A DNA stretch of 64,000 nt from an uncultured bacterium. Lineage in GTDB: Bacteria > Acidobacteriota > Thermoanaerobaculia > Multivoradales > JAHZIX01. The stretch lies in the NCBI GenBank assembly GCA_965368975.1, contig CBDUPA010000024.1, positions 23,689 to 87,688 of the forward strand, in the 5' to 3' direction. The first letter of the stretch is position 1; each line of letters starts with the position of its first letter. The notes beneath the pieces are model-generated. The model ran no database searches. It was not told where the DNA came from and saw only the letters and a list, made by a program, of their open reading frames with translations. Both the position numbers and the translations under genes were made by a program. Positions 37,378 through 46,955 of this stretch are shown here, piece by piece.

Positions 37378-37908
37378 TTACTTTCCGGGTCGGGTGACCG
37401 CTCCCGTGCCCTGCAACTGGACGATACGGTACGGACCATCTCCGAGGCTCTCCGGGTCGAATTCCAGACCCTGCTCTTCCGCCACGTGGCGCTGCCAGCC
37501 TTCGTAGTCTTCACGGCTGAGGTCGAAGATGCGGATGGTGCCCTGAGCGGCGGCCTGGCGGCCGTTCTCGCCCTGCGGGAAGATGATGACGTCATCCTGT
37601 ACCTTGACGCGTAGCAGATTGCCTTCGCCATCTGCGACCATCATCCAGCAGCCTTTCTTCTTGCACACCTCGGTGACGAGACCTTCGACGCGGACTGTCT
37701 TGTCAGCGTAAGCGTCGGGGTCAGCGAGGATGTCAGCGATCGGAGTCGCCTGCTCGACGGTGACGCCCTCGCCATAGCTGGCGTCACCAGAGGGTGTTTC
37801 TTGGGCTCCGGGATAGTCTTGCGCTGTGACGGTGGTGGCGACAGGTAGCAAGAGGAGGAAGCAGAGGGAGAGGCACGAGAGGGTTTGATTCACGGTCTTT
37901 GTCTCCAT
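37378..37908 (-). CDS. DUF4920-like secreted OB-fold protein
   Basis: Signal peptide; VRVEGLVTEVCKKKGCWM. Confidence 0.8.
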   Translation of the reverse strand: METKTVNQTLSCLSLCFLLLLPVATTVTAQDYPGAQETPSGDASYGEGVTVEQATPIADILADPDAYADKTVRVEGLVTEVCKKKGCWMMVADGEGNLLRVKVQDDVIIFPQGENGRQAAAQGTIRIFDLSREDYEGWQRHVAEEQGLEFDPESLGDGPYRIVQLQGTGAVTRPGK

Positions 37909-38035
37909 GTAGTTTCCCGTATCCTCGGCGAAGCATCGTTCGGATGCAACCTCCTACCGCTGGCGAGGAGCGTCCAGGATTCGCGAGAGGCGTCGACGAG
38001 CTGGGCTGAGAAGGTGAGGGGGAGTCAGGTCTCCG

Positions 38036-40366
38036 CTACACCGGAGGCGGTTCGCCGCCGCTCAGGGTCCCGCTCAGGCCGATACGCTCCAGGAGTTCCT
38101 GGAAGCGGGTCTCACCGCGCAGCGGGTCGAAGTACGGCCGTACATGCGTCCACACCAGGTCGGCGGCGCGGGCTTCGACGGCGTCGTCGAGGGCGTCCAG
38201 AGCCTCGGCGATGCGGCCCAGGCCGGTGTAGCAGCAGGCGAAGAGCGTGGGGGCGACGTAGCGCAAGGTGGCGGTGGTACGCAGGGCGTCGAGCAATTCT
38301 TCGGCGCGCTGGGTTTGGCCCATGCGGCCGTACGTGTGGGCCAGCGCCGAGGTGATCTCCAGGCTACCGCCGCTCAGCCGAGCCGCTTGCTTGTGTTCCT
38401 TGACGGCTTCGTCGTACATGCCGACCTGCTCGTAGGCCTGGGCCAGGAAGCAGTGTGCCATGGCGAAGCTGCCGTCCATGTCGATGCAGGTGCGGTAGGC
38501 CTCGGTGGCTTCGCGGTAGCGACGGGAGTAGAAGTACAAGAGGCCGAGGCTGATCTGGATGGCGGGTGATAGCGGGTCGAGTTGTTGCGCGCGCTTGAGG
38601 GCTTCGCCGGCCTGTGCGACGTAGCCCAGGGGCAGCAGGCAATTCATGGCGTACCACTGGTGTGTGGTGGCGTAGTTGGGGTCCAGCTCCAGGCCGCGGC
38701 GGAAGTCTTGGCGGGCGCCCGCGAAGTCCCAGTCGTAGTTGGCGCGCACGCAGCCGAGGGCGGTGTAGACCTCGGCCTGGTTCGGGTTGAGCGCCAGCGC
38801 CTGCTCGCCATAGGCCTTGGCGCGTGGCATGACGTCTCGTGGTCGCGCGGCGCCGTAGATGCCGAGGATGGCGTAGGAGTCGGCGAGGCCGGCGTAGGCT
38901 CGGCTGTAGTCGGGGTTGCTCTCGAGCGCTTGCTGGAAGTAGCCGATACCCTTGTGCAGGTCATCTTCGGTGCGCTTGTTCCAGCAGAAGCGGCCCTTCA
39001 GGTAGAGGTTGTAGGCCTCGAGGCTGGCGGTGTCGCGACCGGCGGTGGTGCGGGGCGGTGCTTTGATCAAGGTGGTCTCGAGGGCTTCGGCGATCTCGGC
39101 GGCGATCTCGTCCTGGATGTCGAATAGGTCGCGTAGCTCGCGGTCGTAGCGGCTGGACCACAGGTGGTAGCCGTCGGCGACCTTGGTCAGTTGGGCGCTG
39201 ATGCGCAGTCGCGAGCCAGCCTTGCGCACGCTGCCTTCGAGCACCCAGTCGACGTTCAGCTTGCGGCCGATCTTGCGGATGTCTTCGGAGCGGCCGAGGA
39301 ACTGGAAGGCCGAGGTCCGCGACGCTACGCGCAGGCCGGGGACGCGGGTCAGCAGGTTGATCAGCTCCTCGGCCATGCCGCAGCAGAAGTACTCTTGGTC
39401 TTGCTCGGCGCTGAGGTCGGCGAAGGGCAGCACGCCGACGGACGATTCTCCGTCGCTCTGCTGGGGCGGCAGACTGGCGGGCGGGTACGCGGGAGTGATC
39501 AAGGTCACCGAGGTGCTGGCCTGGCGCAGCACGTGCAGCTCGTTGAGCATCTCGGTGGCATCTTGGTACCGGTCGGACGTTTCCTTGGCCAGCGCGCTGT
39601 CGAGGATCAGGTCGAGATTGCCGCGGTCGCCGTCGCCCAAGTTGTCGATCGGCTCGATCTCTTCGTGCAGGATCGAGTGCAGAGCCGCCATGTGGCTGTC
39701 ACCACGGAAAGGGACCTTGCCGGTCAACATCTCGTAGAACACGACGCCGAGGGACCACAGATCGCTGCGGTGGTCGACGCCCAGTCCGCGCACCTGCTCG
39801 GGCGACATGTAGGTGACGGTACCGACGGCGGTGCCTTCCTGGGTCAAGCGGTCACCGGGATCGGGAGTGGAGCCGAGCTTGGCGACGCCGAAGTCGAGGA
39901 TCTTGACCACGCGGTCGGGGGTGATCATCAGGTTCGCGGGCTTGACGTCACGGTGCACGATGCCGTGCTTGTGAGCGGCGCCGAGGCCGTGTGCCGCCTG
40001 GATTGCCACGTCGACCGCCTCGGACACGGGCATTGCGCCACGCGCGATTCGCCGGTCGAGCGTCTCGCCCGGGTAGTAGGCCATGACGATGAACAGCTGC
40101 CCTTCCGGGGTCTCGTCGATCTCGTAGATGGTGCAGATGTTGGGGTGGTCGAGAGCGGACGCGCTCTGAGCTTCCTGGAAGAAGCGGCGACGAGCGGTGG
40201 TCTCGTCGAGCATGCCCAGGGGCAGGAATTTCATCGCCACCTGGCGCCGCAGCCAGGTGTCCTCGGCCAGGTAGACCACGGCCATGCCGCCGCGACCCAG
40301 TTGTTCCTGGATGCGATAGTGCGAGATCTTGCGCCCGATGAGCGCTCCGGTATTGCCCTGCTTCAT
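38036..40366 (-). CDS. Cytoplasmic Ser/Thr kinase with TolB-N-like and TPR domains
   Basis: GRGGMAVVY, HRDVKPAN, DFG, YMSPE; SVGVLPF..DQEYF..G..EELI..RTSAF..EGSVRKAGSRLRISAQL; TPRs; no TM seen. Confidence 0.94.
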   Translation of the reverse strand: MKQGNTGALIGRKISHYRIQEQLGRGGMAVVYLAEDTWLRRQVAMKFLPLGMLDETTARRRFFQEAQSASALDHPNICTIYEIDETPEGQLFIVMAYYPGETLDRRIARGAMPVSEAVDVAIQAAHGLGAAHKHGIVHRDVKPANLMITPDRVVKILDFGVAKLGSTPDPGDRLTQEGTAVGTVTYMSPEQVRGLGVDHRSDLWSLGVVFYEMLTGKVPFRGDSHMAALHSILHEEIEPIDNLGDGDRGNLDLILDSALAKETSDRYQDATEMLNELHVLRQASTSVTLITPAYPPASLPPQQSDGESSVGVLPFADLSAEQDQEYFCCGMAEELINLLTRVPGLRVASRTSAFQFLGRSEDIRKIGRKLNVDWVLEGSVRKAGSRLRISAQLTKVADGYHLWSSRYDRELRDLFDIQDEIAAEIAEALETTLIKAPPRTTAGRDTASLEAYNLYLKGRFCWNKRTEDDLHKGIGYFQQALESNPDYSRAYAGLADSYAILGIYGAARPRDVMPRAKAYGEQALALNPNQAEVYTALGCVRANYDWDFAGARQDFRRGLELDPNYATTHQWYAMNCLLPLGYVAQAGEALKRAQQLDPLSPAIQISLGLLYFYSRRYREATEAYRTCIDMDGSFAMAHCFLAQAYEQVGMYDEAVKEHKQAARLSGGSLEITSALAHTYGRMGQTQRAEELLDALRTTATLRYVAPTLFACCYTGLGRIAEALDALDDAVEARAADLVWTHVRPYFDPLRGETRFQELLERIGLSGTLSGGEPPPV

Positions 40367-40488
40367 GGATCGCCGCGTCTTTGAGGAGGGAAGTATACCC
40401 CTACTCACCGGACTTCATTCTCGCCGGACTGCATTGTTTGGAGAGGAAGAGTGGTGCCGCGACGGCAGGCTGTAGACGCCGGCGGCCC

Positions 40489-41055
40489 TTAGGCGCGGGG
40501 ATCGTCGAGATGGCGTGCCAGGTCGCGGGCACGCAAGCGGGCGTGGTAGCAGCGCTGCTTGAGGTTGCGCGCCAGATCGCCGCTGTCGGCGGCCAGCTCG
40601 GAGAAGGTGTAGCCGTACCGGTAGTACCTCTGCAGCAGCTCCTGGTTGCGTGGTGGCAGGTCACGCAGCAGCCGGTTGAGGTCGCACCGGAGCTCTACCT
40701 GATCCTGCTCGGGGCGCTGGCCGCCGGCGACCGCCTCGATGTGCTCTATCTCGGTCGGCTCATCGTGGCGTCCGTAGACCTTGCGCCAGTACATCAGGCA
40801 GCGGTTGCGCACGACGGCCATCAGGTAGGCCGCCGGTTCGTCCAGATGCTGTTTGCCCAGCAGGAGGAGAAGCGACTCCTGGACAATATCTTCGCGATCT
40901 TGCTGCGGGATACGGAAACGGTAGAGCATGCGCCGCAGTTCGGGTTGCAGCCGCTGCAGGAAGTCGCACCAGGGTTCACCGAGATCGAGCAGGGGCTGCG
41001 CCTCGATCTCGGGCCGCTGGCTGCCGGTCGTGGAGCAAGGTGTCGCAGGGCGCAT
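40489..41055 (-). CDS. Divergent ECF sigma factor
   Basis: RIPQQDREDIVQE, PAAYLMAVVRNRC (region 2); LPPRNQELL..YGYTFSELA (region 4). Confidence 0.75.
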   Translation of the reverse strand: MRPATPCSTTGSQRPEIEAQPLLDLGEPWCDFLQRLQPELRRMLYRFRIPQQDREDIVQESLLLLLGKQHLDEPAAYLMAVVRNRCLMYWRKVYGRHDEPTEIEHIEAVAGGQRPEQDQVELRCDLNRLLRDLPPRNQELLQRYYRYGYTFSELAADSGDLARNLKQRCYHARLRARDLARHLDDPRA

Positions 41056-41324
41056 GGTGTCTTTCCGGGCGACAAATAAAGCCTTCTAGGGTGACGAAAT
41101 CGTGCCTGCGAAGTCTTTGGCTCTTCGTCGCTTCCGAGAGCAATTATAGCCATACAAGATGGGTTGATCGGATCCTTAGAGGCCATTTTTTGTCTATAGG
41201 GATCCCGGAGCGACCACGTACGGCCAAGCGAGAAATATGCGTATGCTTGCCGAGACAATTGCTCTGTGAGACAAGGTCGGGGATCACGTTTGCCCATGCG
41301 GTGGTTTGGTAGGGTGGCCGCGTC

Positions 41325-41873
41325 ATGGGCCAGGATGACGACGAACGTGCCGACGATACGGAGCGATCTCTCTTTCTCGACGCCATGCGGGGTGTGCAGC
41401 CGCTGGCGGAGCGTCGCCGTGGTCCGGGTTTGGCGTTGCTCGATGCGGCGCGTACGGCGCGGCGCTCGCGCCCGGTTGCCGGGCCTCGAGCGAGCCGGCG
41501 GATCGAAGTCGAGGCGCTGGGCGAGGAGGTGCGCGGTGTCGCCGCGGGCGTCGACGAGCGGGTGGTCTGGCGACTGCGCGACGAGGGGCGGTTCGATCTG
41601 CGTCTCGACCTGCACGGACTCGACCGCGAAGGCGCGCGCGAGTGGATCGAGCGTCGGCTGTTGCAGGCATACCTGGCGGGCGAGCGCCGGGTGCTCCTGG
41701 TGCACGGTCGTGGCCTGCGCTCGGCGGCCGGGCCGGTGCTCAAGCGCTGGTTGCCGCAGTGTCTTTCGTCATCGCCGCTCGACAAGTTGGTCCTGGCTTT
41801 CACCACCGCCGGTGCGCGTCAAGGTGGCAGTGGTGCGACGCTCGTTCTGCTGCGCAAGCGCCGACGCGGGTGA
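41325..41873 (+). CDS. Smr/MutS2 C-terminal domain protein (SmrA/SmrB-like)
   Basis: FLDAMRGVQPL, RLDLHG, VHGRG, PVLK, GGSGATLVLL. Confidence 0.9.
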   Translation: MGQDDDERADDTERSLFLDAMRGVQPLAERRRGPGLALLDAARTARRSRPVAGPRASRRIEVEALGEEVRGVAAGVDERVVWRLRDEGRFDLRLDLHGLDREGAREWIERRLLQAYLAGERRVLLVHGRGLRSAAGPVLKRWLPQCLSSSPLDKLVLAFTTAGARQGGSGATLVLLRKRRRG

Positions 41874-42020
41874 CTCGGGCTGGCGTCCTGCCAGATCTGC
41901 TAGCATGCGCGGCGAACGACCGCGTTCGCGCGGCGTCCCGCCACCGTTCCTCCATCTCCTCACCGGAGATTCGATCATCCGCAAGAACCCGTTCCTTTGA
42001 CGACACCGTCCGGAGCCGCC

Positions 42021-44246
42021 ATGAAACGCCCTCCTCTGATGCAACGTCCAGTTTTCCAGTTCACCGCCCTCTTGCTGGGTGGCCTGCTCGTCACCCTGCT
42101 GCTGCCCGCGATCGCCACCGCTCAGGACGCCACCGCCCAGGACGCCACCGCCCAGGACGGTATCGCCCAGGATGGGCGGCGCGTGATCGTCCTCGGCTTC
42201 GATGGTGCCGACGGCAACAAAGCCCGTCAGTGGATGGACGAGGGGTACCTGCCGCACATGGCTGAGCTGGCGGAGCAAGGTACCTTCGCGCCCATGCGCG
42301 TGACCATCCCGTCGCAGACGCCGGTGGCCTGGTCGACCTTCTCGACCGGCCTCAACCCCGGACGGCACACCATCTTCGACTTCCTGCGTCGCGATCCGGC
42401 CACCTACCAGCCGGCTTTCGGCTTCGCCGACGCCATCCAGGTACCCTTCCTGTGGGGCGAGCGCAATGGTCTGATGATCGGCCTGATGGTCGGCGCCGGC
42501 CTGCTGCTGGTCCTGGTGCTACTGCTCAAGCTGTTGCGCCTCAAGTGGCTGACCGCCGCCATCGCGGCCCTGGTGCTCGGCGTGCTCGGCGGTGTCGCCG
42601 CCGGCATGGCGGCCGAGCGGTACTTGCCCAAGGAGCGGCCGGAGGCGATCAACTACCAGCAAGGCGAGACCTTCTGGGAGACGCTCGGCAACGCTGGCAA
42701 GCGCGTCAAGGTGATCCGCATGCCGGTGACCTTCCCGCCCAAGCCGTTCAGCCACGGCCAGCTGCTCACCGGCCTGGGAACCCCCGATCTGTCCGCGCGC
42801 ATCGGCAAGCCCTTCTACTTCACCTCCGAGCTGTTCCTGACGCCCAAGTTCGGCAATGACTTCTCGATCGAGGTGGTGGAGCTGTACGACAACCAGGGTG
42901 AGCTGATCACCGAGATCAAGGGCCCGCCGAACAAGCTCTTCCCGGAGCAGAGTGACTACATCTACCAGCCGATGAAGCTGACCGTCGCCGAAGACCGCTC
43001 GCGTCTCGACATCGACGTCTCGGGCCAACAGCTGAGCCTCGAGCCCGGGCAGTGGAGTGATTGGGTGCGCCTGGAGTTCCCCTTCAACGACCTGATCTCG
43101 CTCCACGGCATGGGTCGCTTCCACCTGCTATCGCTGGAACCGGAAGTGCGGCTCTACCTGTCGCCGGTGCAGTTCGACCCGGAGAACCTGCCGGAAATCG
43201 TCGACATCAGCACGCCGCGTCAGCTGGCGCCTGACCTGGCGGCGCAGTTCGGTCTCTACAAGACCATCGGTTGGGCGACCGACACCTGGTCGCTGTCCGA
43301 GGGCACGATCGACGAAGAGGTCTTCATGCAAGACGTCGAGAACACGGTGAGCCAGTACGAGAAGATGCTCTACGGCCTGCTCGACGACGACGATTGGGAC
43401 GTGCTGTTCTTCTACTTCGAGTTCACCGACCGCGTGCAGCACATGATGTACCGCTACTTCGACCCCGAGCATCCGCTCTACGACGCCGACAAGGCGGCCA
43501 AGTTCGCCGGCACCATCCTGGAGTCCTACCAGCGCATGGACGCGATCATCGGCAACGTCCTGGAGCAGAAGCCCCAGGGCTCGGACCTGATCGTCGCCTC
43601 GGACCACGGTTTCGCCAGCTTCCGCCACAGCGTCAACTACAACACCTGGCTGGTCGAGAACGGTTACATGACGCTCAAGGGGCAGGACGCCGAGAAGCGC
43701 AACCTGGAGCAGCTGTTCGAGAAGAGCGGCGACTTCCTGAGCAACGTCGACTGGAGTCAGACCAAGGCCTACGCCCTGGGACTGGGCCAGATCTACATCA
43801 ACCTGCAGGGCCGCGAGCGTGACGGCATCGTCAAGCCCGAGGAATACGATGCCCTGGTGCAGGAATTGAAGCTGGCGCTCGAGGCCTACGTCGACGAGGA
43901 GACCGGCGAGAACCCGGTGGCCTACGTCTTCACGCGCGACGAGGCGTTCGGCACCTACGATCCCAACCACGTGCCCGACCTGGTGCCGTCCAACAACGAC
44001 GGCTACCGCGTCGGCTGGCAGGACAGCCTGGGCGGCTTCGGCACCTCGGTGATCGAGCCCAACACGCGGCCGTGGAGCGGCGATCACTGCTCCGTCTACC
44101 CGCCGCTGGTGCCGGGCATCCTGTTCAGCACGCTGCAGCTGGACACCGAGGACCCCTACATGGCGGACGTCATGCCGACCCTGCTGGAACTCTATGGCGT
44201 CGAGCCGCCGGTGCAGCTCGATGGCAAGAGTCTGCTGGTGAACTGA
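42021..44246 (+). CDS. Alkaline-phosphatase-superfamily type I phosphodiesterase / nucleotide pyrophosphatase
   Basis: VLGFDGAD, SQTPVAWSTF (Thr nucleophile), NPGRH, TDRVQH, SDHGF, SGDH; signal peptide plus an internal hydrophobic hairpin. Confidence 0.88.
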   Translation: MKRPPLMQRPVFQFTALLLGGLLVTLLLPAIATAQDATAQDATAQDGIAQDGRRVIVLGFDGADGNKARQWMDEGYLPHMAELAEQGTFAPMRVTIPSQTPVAWSTFSTGLNPGRHTIFDFLRRDPATYQPAFGFADAIQVPFLWGERNGLMIGLMVGAGLLLVLVLLLKLLRLKWLTAAIAALVLGVLGGVAAGMAAERYLPKERPEAINYQQGETFWETLGNAGKRVKVIRMPVTFPPKPFSHGQLLTGLGTPDLSARIGKPFYFTSELFLTPKFGNDFSIEVVELYDNQGELITEIKGPPNKLFPEQSDYIYQPMKLTVAEDRSRLDIDVSGQQLSLEPGQWSDWVRLEFPFNDLISLHGMGRFHLLSLEPEVRLYLSPVQFDPENLPEIVDISTPRQLAPDLAAQFGLYKTIGWATDTWSLSEGTIDEEVFMQDVENTVSQYEKMLYGLLDDDDWDVLFFYFEFTDRVQHMMYRYFDPEHPLYDADKAAKFAGTILESYQRMDAIIGNVLEQKPQGSDLIVASDHGFASFRHSVNYNTWLVENGYMTLKGQDAEKRNLEQLFEKSGDFLSNVDWSQTKAYALGLGQIYINLQGRERDGIVKPEEYDALVQELKLALEAYVDEETGENPVAYVFTRDEAFGTYDPNHVPDLVPSNNDGYRVGWQDSLGGFGTSVIEPNTRPWSGDHCSVYPPLVPGILFSTLQLDTEDPYMADVMPTLLELYGVEPPVQLDGKSLLVN
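42114..42173 (+). repeat. In-frame 15-bp tandem repeat x4 (ATAQD x3, GIAQD)
   Basis: gccaccgctcaggac gccaccgcccaggac gccaccgcccaggac ggtatcgcccaggat, at the signal-peptide cleavage region. Confidence 0.9.
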
Positions 44247-44270
44247 GGACGCGGGGGGGACGGCGACTCG

Positions 44271-45470
44271 ATGCGGGCACCTGGGTGGCTCGATAAGCGA
44301 TGCGCGGGGCGGCTGCTGATCGCGGTCGCCGCCGTGCTGCTGTCGCTGCCCGTCGCCACCCAACCCGAGCCGTCGCAGCGCCAGCGCGATCTCGAACGCC
44401 TGCGCTCCGACGTCGCGGACCTGGAACAGCAGCTGCAGGACGTGCAGGCCAGCGCCCAGGGCCTGGCCGGCGAACTGGAGAGCACCCGGGTCGAGTTGCA
44501 GCTGCAGCGCAAGCGCGTCGCCGAAGCGGAGGCGGCGCGCGACGTCGCGGTCGAGCAGGTCGAGAGCCGCCGTCGCCGCGTCGAAGACCTCGAAGGCCGG
44601 CTGGCCACGACGCGCGAAGAACTGCAGCAGCGCTTGGCCGGACTCTACCGGCTCGGTCGCTGGGGCTACCTGCGCCTGCTGCTGTCGATCGAAGACGCCG
44701 CGGATCCGCTGCGCGGCGTGCGGGCGTTGCGCTACCTGGCGCGTCGTGACGCCGAGGCGATCGATCGTTACGCCGATGGCCGCGATCGCCTGCGTCAGGA
44801 AGTCGCCGAGCTGGAAGAGCAGCGCCGGCAGGTCGAGGCCTGGGCGCAGCAAGAAGAAGAGCGCCGGCGTCAACTCAGCCGCCTGCGCCAGCGTCAAAGC
44901 CGCTTGCTGGCACAGCTGCAGCAGGAGCGCGAGCAGCTGGCCGAGCGGGCCGAGGCCCTGCGCGAGAAAGAGCGCAAGCTGGGCCGTCTGATCGACACCC
45001 TGGCTGGCACCGATCCCGTCGCGACCCAGGGCGAGGCCCAAGCTCGAGCTGGCGACGCACCGGCCGTCGCCGCCGAGCCGATTCAGCAGTTCCGTGGCGT
45101 GCTCGACTGGCCCCTGCGGGGCGAGATCGTCGAGGGCTACGGCACCCGGCGCGATCCGCGCTACGGCACCGAAGTGCCGCACAACGGCATCGAGATCGCG
45201 GTTCCCGAGGGCGATCGAGAGGCCGCCGAAGTGCGCGTCGTCTACCCGGGGCAGGTCCTCTTCGCCTCGCCCTTCGAAGGCTACGGCACGATGGTCGTGG
45301 TCGTGCATCCTGACCGCGTATTCTCGATCTACACCGGTCTCGACGAGCTGCAAGTGGCCCAAGGCGATGTGCTATCGTTGGCCTCCGTGGTGGGACGGGC
45401 CGGCGACCGCCTCTACTTTGAAATCCGCGTCGAAAACCGTCCCGAAGACCCTCAGCAGTGGCTGCGCTGA
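44271..45470 (+). CDS. envC: EnvC-like murein hydrolase activator (coiled coil plus degenerate M23)
   Basis: Signal, long coiled coil, LDWPLRG, HNGIEI, GYG, LYFEIR..DPQQWL; the HxH zinc motif is absent, as expected for EnvC. Confidence 0.8.
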   Translation: MRAPGWLDKRCAGRLLIAVAAVLLSLPVATQPEPSQRQRDLERLRSDVADLEQQLQDVQASAQGLAGELESTRVELQLQRKRVAEAEAARDVAVEQVESRRRRVEDLEGRLATTREELQQRLAGLYRLGRWGYLRLLLSIEDAADPLRGVRALRYLARRDAEAIDRYADGRDRLRQEVAELEEQRRQVEAWAQQEEERRRQLSRLRQRQSRLLAQLQQEREQLAERAEALREKERKLGRLIDTLAGTDPVATQGEAQARAGDAPAVAAEPIQQFRGVLDWPLRGEIVEGYGTRRDPRYGTEVPHNGIEIAVPEGDREAAEVRVVYPGQVLFASPFEGYGTMVVVVHPDRVFSIYTGLDELQVAQGDVLSLASVVGRAGDRLYFEIRVENRPEDPQQWLR

Positions 45471-45637
45471 CGCTCCGGTAGGGGCTCTGTCAATTCAGGT
45501 GACACCCAGCAAATCGGACGCCACTCCAGGAATGGCCGCTCCGGTGTCCTGGTTAGCAGCACTGAGGGGGTACAGGCCCCAAGCCGCGGACGCGCCGTGC
45601 GCCGTGCTCCCGCCCGCCATCCCACAGCCAGAGGTCG

Positions 45638-46873
45638 ATGCCCATGCCCGCCAGACCCGTCCCCAGCCGCTCTCTCATCCCCAGCCGAGCTGTCTTTCTC
45701 GTCCTCTCTCTCGCCGTCCTCGGTGGCCTTTTCGCCGCCGGCTACAGTGCCGCTGCCGCGCGCGACGACGGTGCCGACGAAGACTCGTTCATCAAACACC
45801 TGGCGATGTTCACCGAAGTGATGGGCCTAGTGCGTCAGGGCTACGTCGACGAAACCGGCTCCGACGACCTGATGCTGGGGGCTCTCGACGGTGCCACGGA
45901 CGCTCTAGATCCGTTCTCGATCTACGTGCCGGCCGAGGGCTCCGACCAGTACGCCGAGGCACGCCGCATCGGCGCTCGCCACAGCGGTTTGATGCTGCTG
46001 CGCGAACGTGGCTTCGTCTACGCCGTGGCCGTGCAGCCGGAAAGCCCGGCCGCCAAGGCTGGCGTGTTGGTGGGCGATATCATCGGGGAAATCGACGGTG
46101 ACCTCAGTCAGAGCCTGCCCATGTGGGCGATCCAGCACCGGCTCAGCCAGCCTCCCGGTACCGAGGTACGCCTCGAGCTGCTGCGCGGTCAGCGTCACAT
46201 CCCGGTGGCACTCGAGCTGGGTGTCTTCCCGCGGCGCGCAGCCGAGTATGCTTCCGAAGACGGCGTCGCCACCCTGCGCATGCACCACCTCGATGGCGAC
46301 AGCGCCAGCGAAGCGCGCCGTGCTCTCGACTGGGCGGCGCGCCAGCACGATCGCCTGCTGCTCGACCTGCGCGGTGTCGCTGGCGGTGACATGAATGCTG
46401 CCTACCAGGTCGCGGCCCTGTTCGCTGACGGTCAGCTGGGCATCCTGCGCGGCCGCGGCGGTGAAGTCGAGACCTTCGAAGGTGACGCGCCCAGTTGGCA
46501 CGGTCGCCTCGTCGTGCTGATCGACCGCGGCACGCTCGGCGCTGCCGAGATTCTGGCCACCGTGCTGCGGCAGAAAGTCGACGCCGAACTGGTCGGGGAA
46601 CCGAGCTTCGGCTACGCTGGTCGGCAGACCCGCGTCGAGATTCCCTCCGGCGGCGACCTCTGGATCACCGACGCCTTTTACACGGGTCCGGACGGGGAAC
46701 CGGTCAACCAGGGTCTCGTGCCCGACCTGCGCGTCGCCGACACCATCCGTCGTGCCCTGGCCGACGAAGAGCGCGACCCCAGCGAAGCCCCCGAAGACGC
46801 CATCCGCAAGCGCGGCCTGGAGCGCCTGCTGAGCGACGAACCGTTGGCAGAGCCCGAAGCCGCCGTGGCCTGA
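45638..46873 (+). CDS. S41/CtpA-like PDZ protein with degenerate catalytic residues
   Basis: YVDE..GAL..LDPFS, PDZ (SPAAKAGV..GD), LLDLR, VVLID, GEPSFG, FYTGPDG, GLVPD; envC-ctpA-yibQ gene order. Confidence 0.85.
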   Translation: MPMPARPVPSRSLIPSRAVFLVLSLAVLGGLFAAGYSAAAARDDGADEDSFIKHLAMFTEVMGLVRQGYVDETGSDDLMLGALDGATDALDPFSIYVPAEGSDQYAEARRIGARHSGLMLLRERGFVYAVAVQPESPAAKAGVLVGDIIGEIDGDLSQSLPMWAIQHRLSQPPGTEVRLELLRGQRHIPVALELGVFPRRAAEYASEDGVATLRMHHLDGDSASEARRALDWAARQHDRLLLDLRGVAGGDMNAAYQVAALFADGQLGILRGRGGEVETFEGDAPSWHGRLVVLIDRGTLGAAEILATVLRQKVDAELVGEPSFGYAGRQTRVEIPSGGDLWITDAFYTGPDGEPVNQGLVPDLRVADTIRRALADEERDPSEAPEDAIRKRGLERLLSDEPLAEPEAAVA

Positions 46874-46955
46874 GGCACGCGCCCGTTCCGAACGTTACCG
46901 CGACTGGCCCCGATCGAACCACGACGAGCAGCCTCTCAGGAATTTCAGCCCTCAC

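Noticed and set aside
43128-45362. 744-aa minus-strand ORF
   Set aside because: Antisense to the phosphodiesterase and envC genes.
44271-45470. Missing zinc ligands in the M23 domain as a novelty
   Set aside because: A degenerate M23 domain is the normal state for EnvC.
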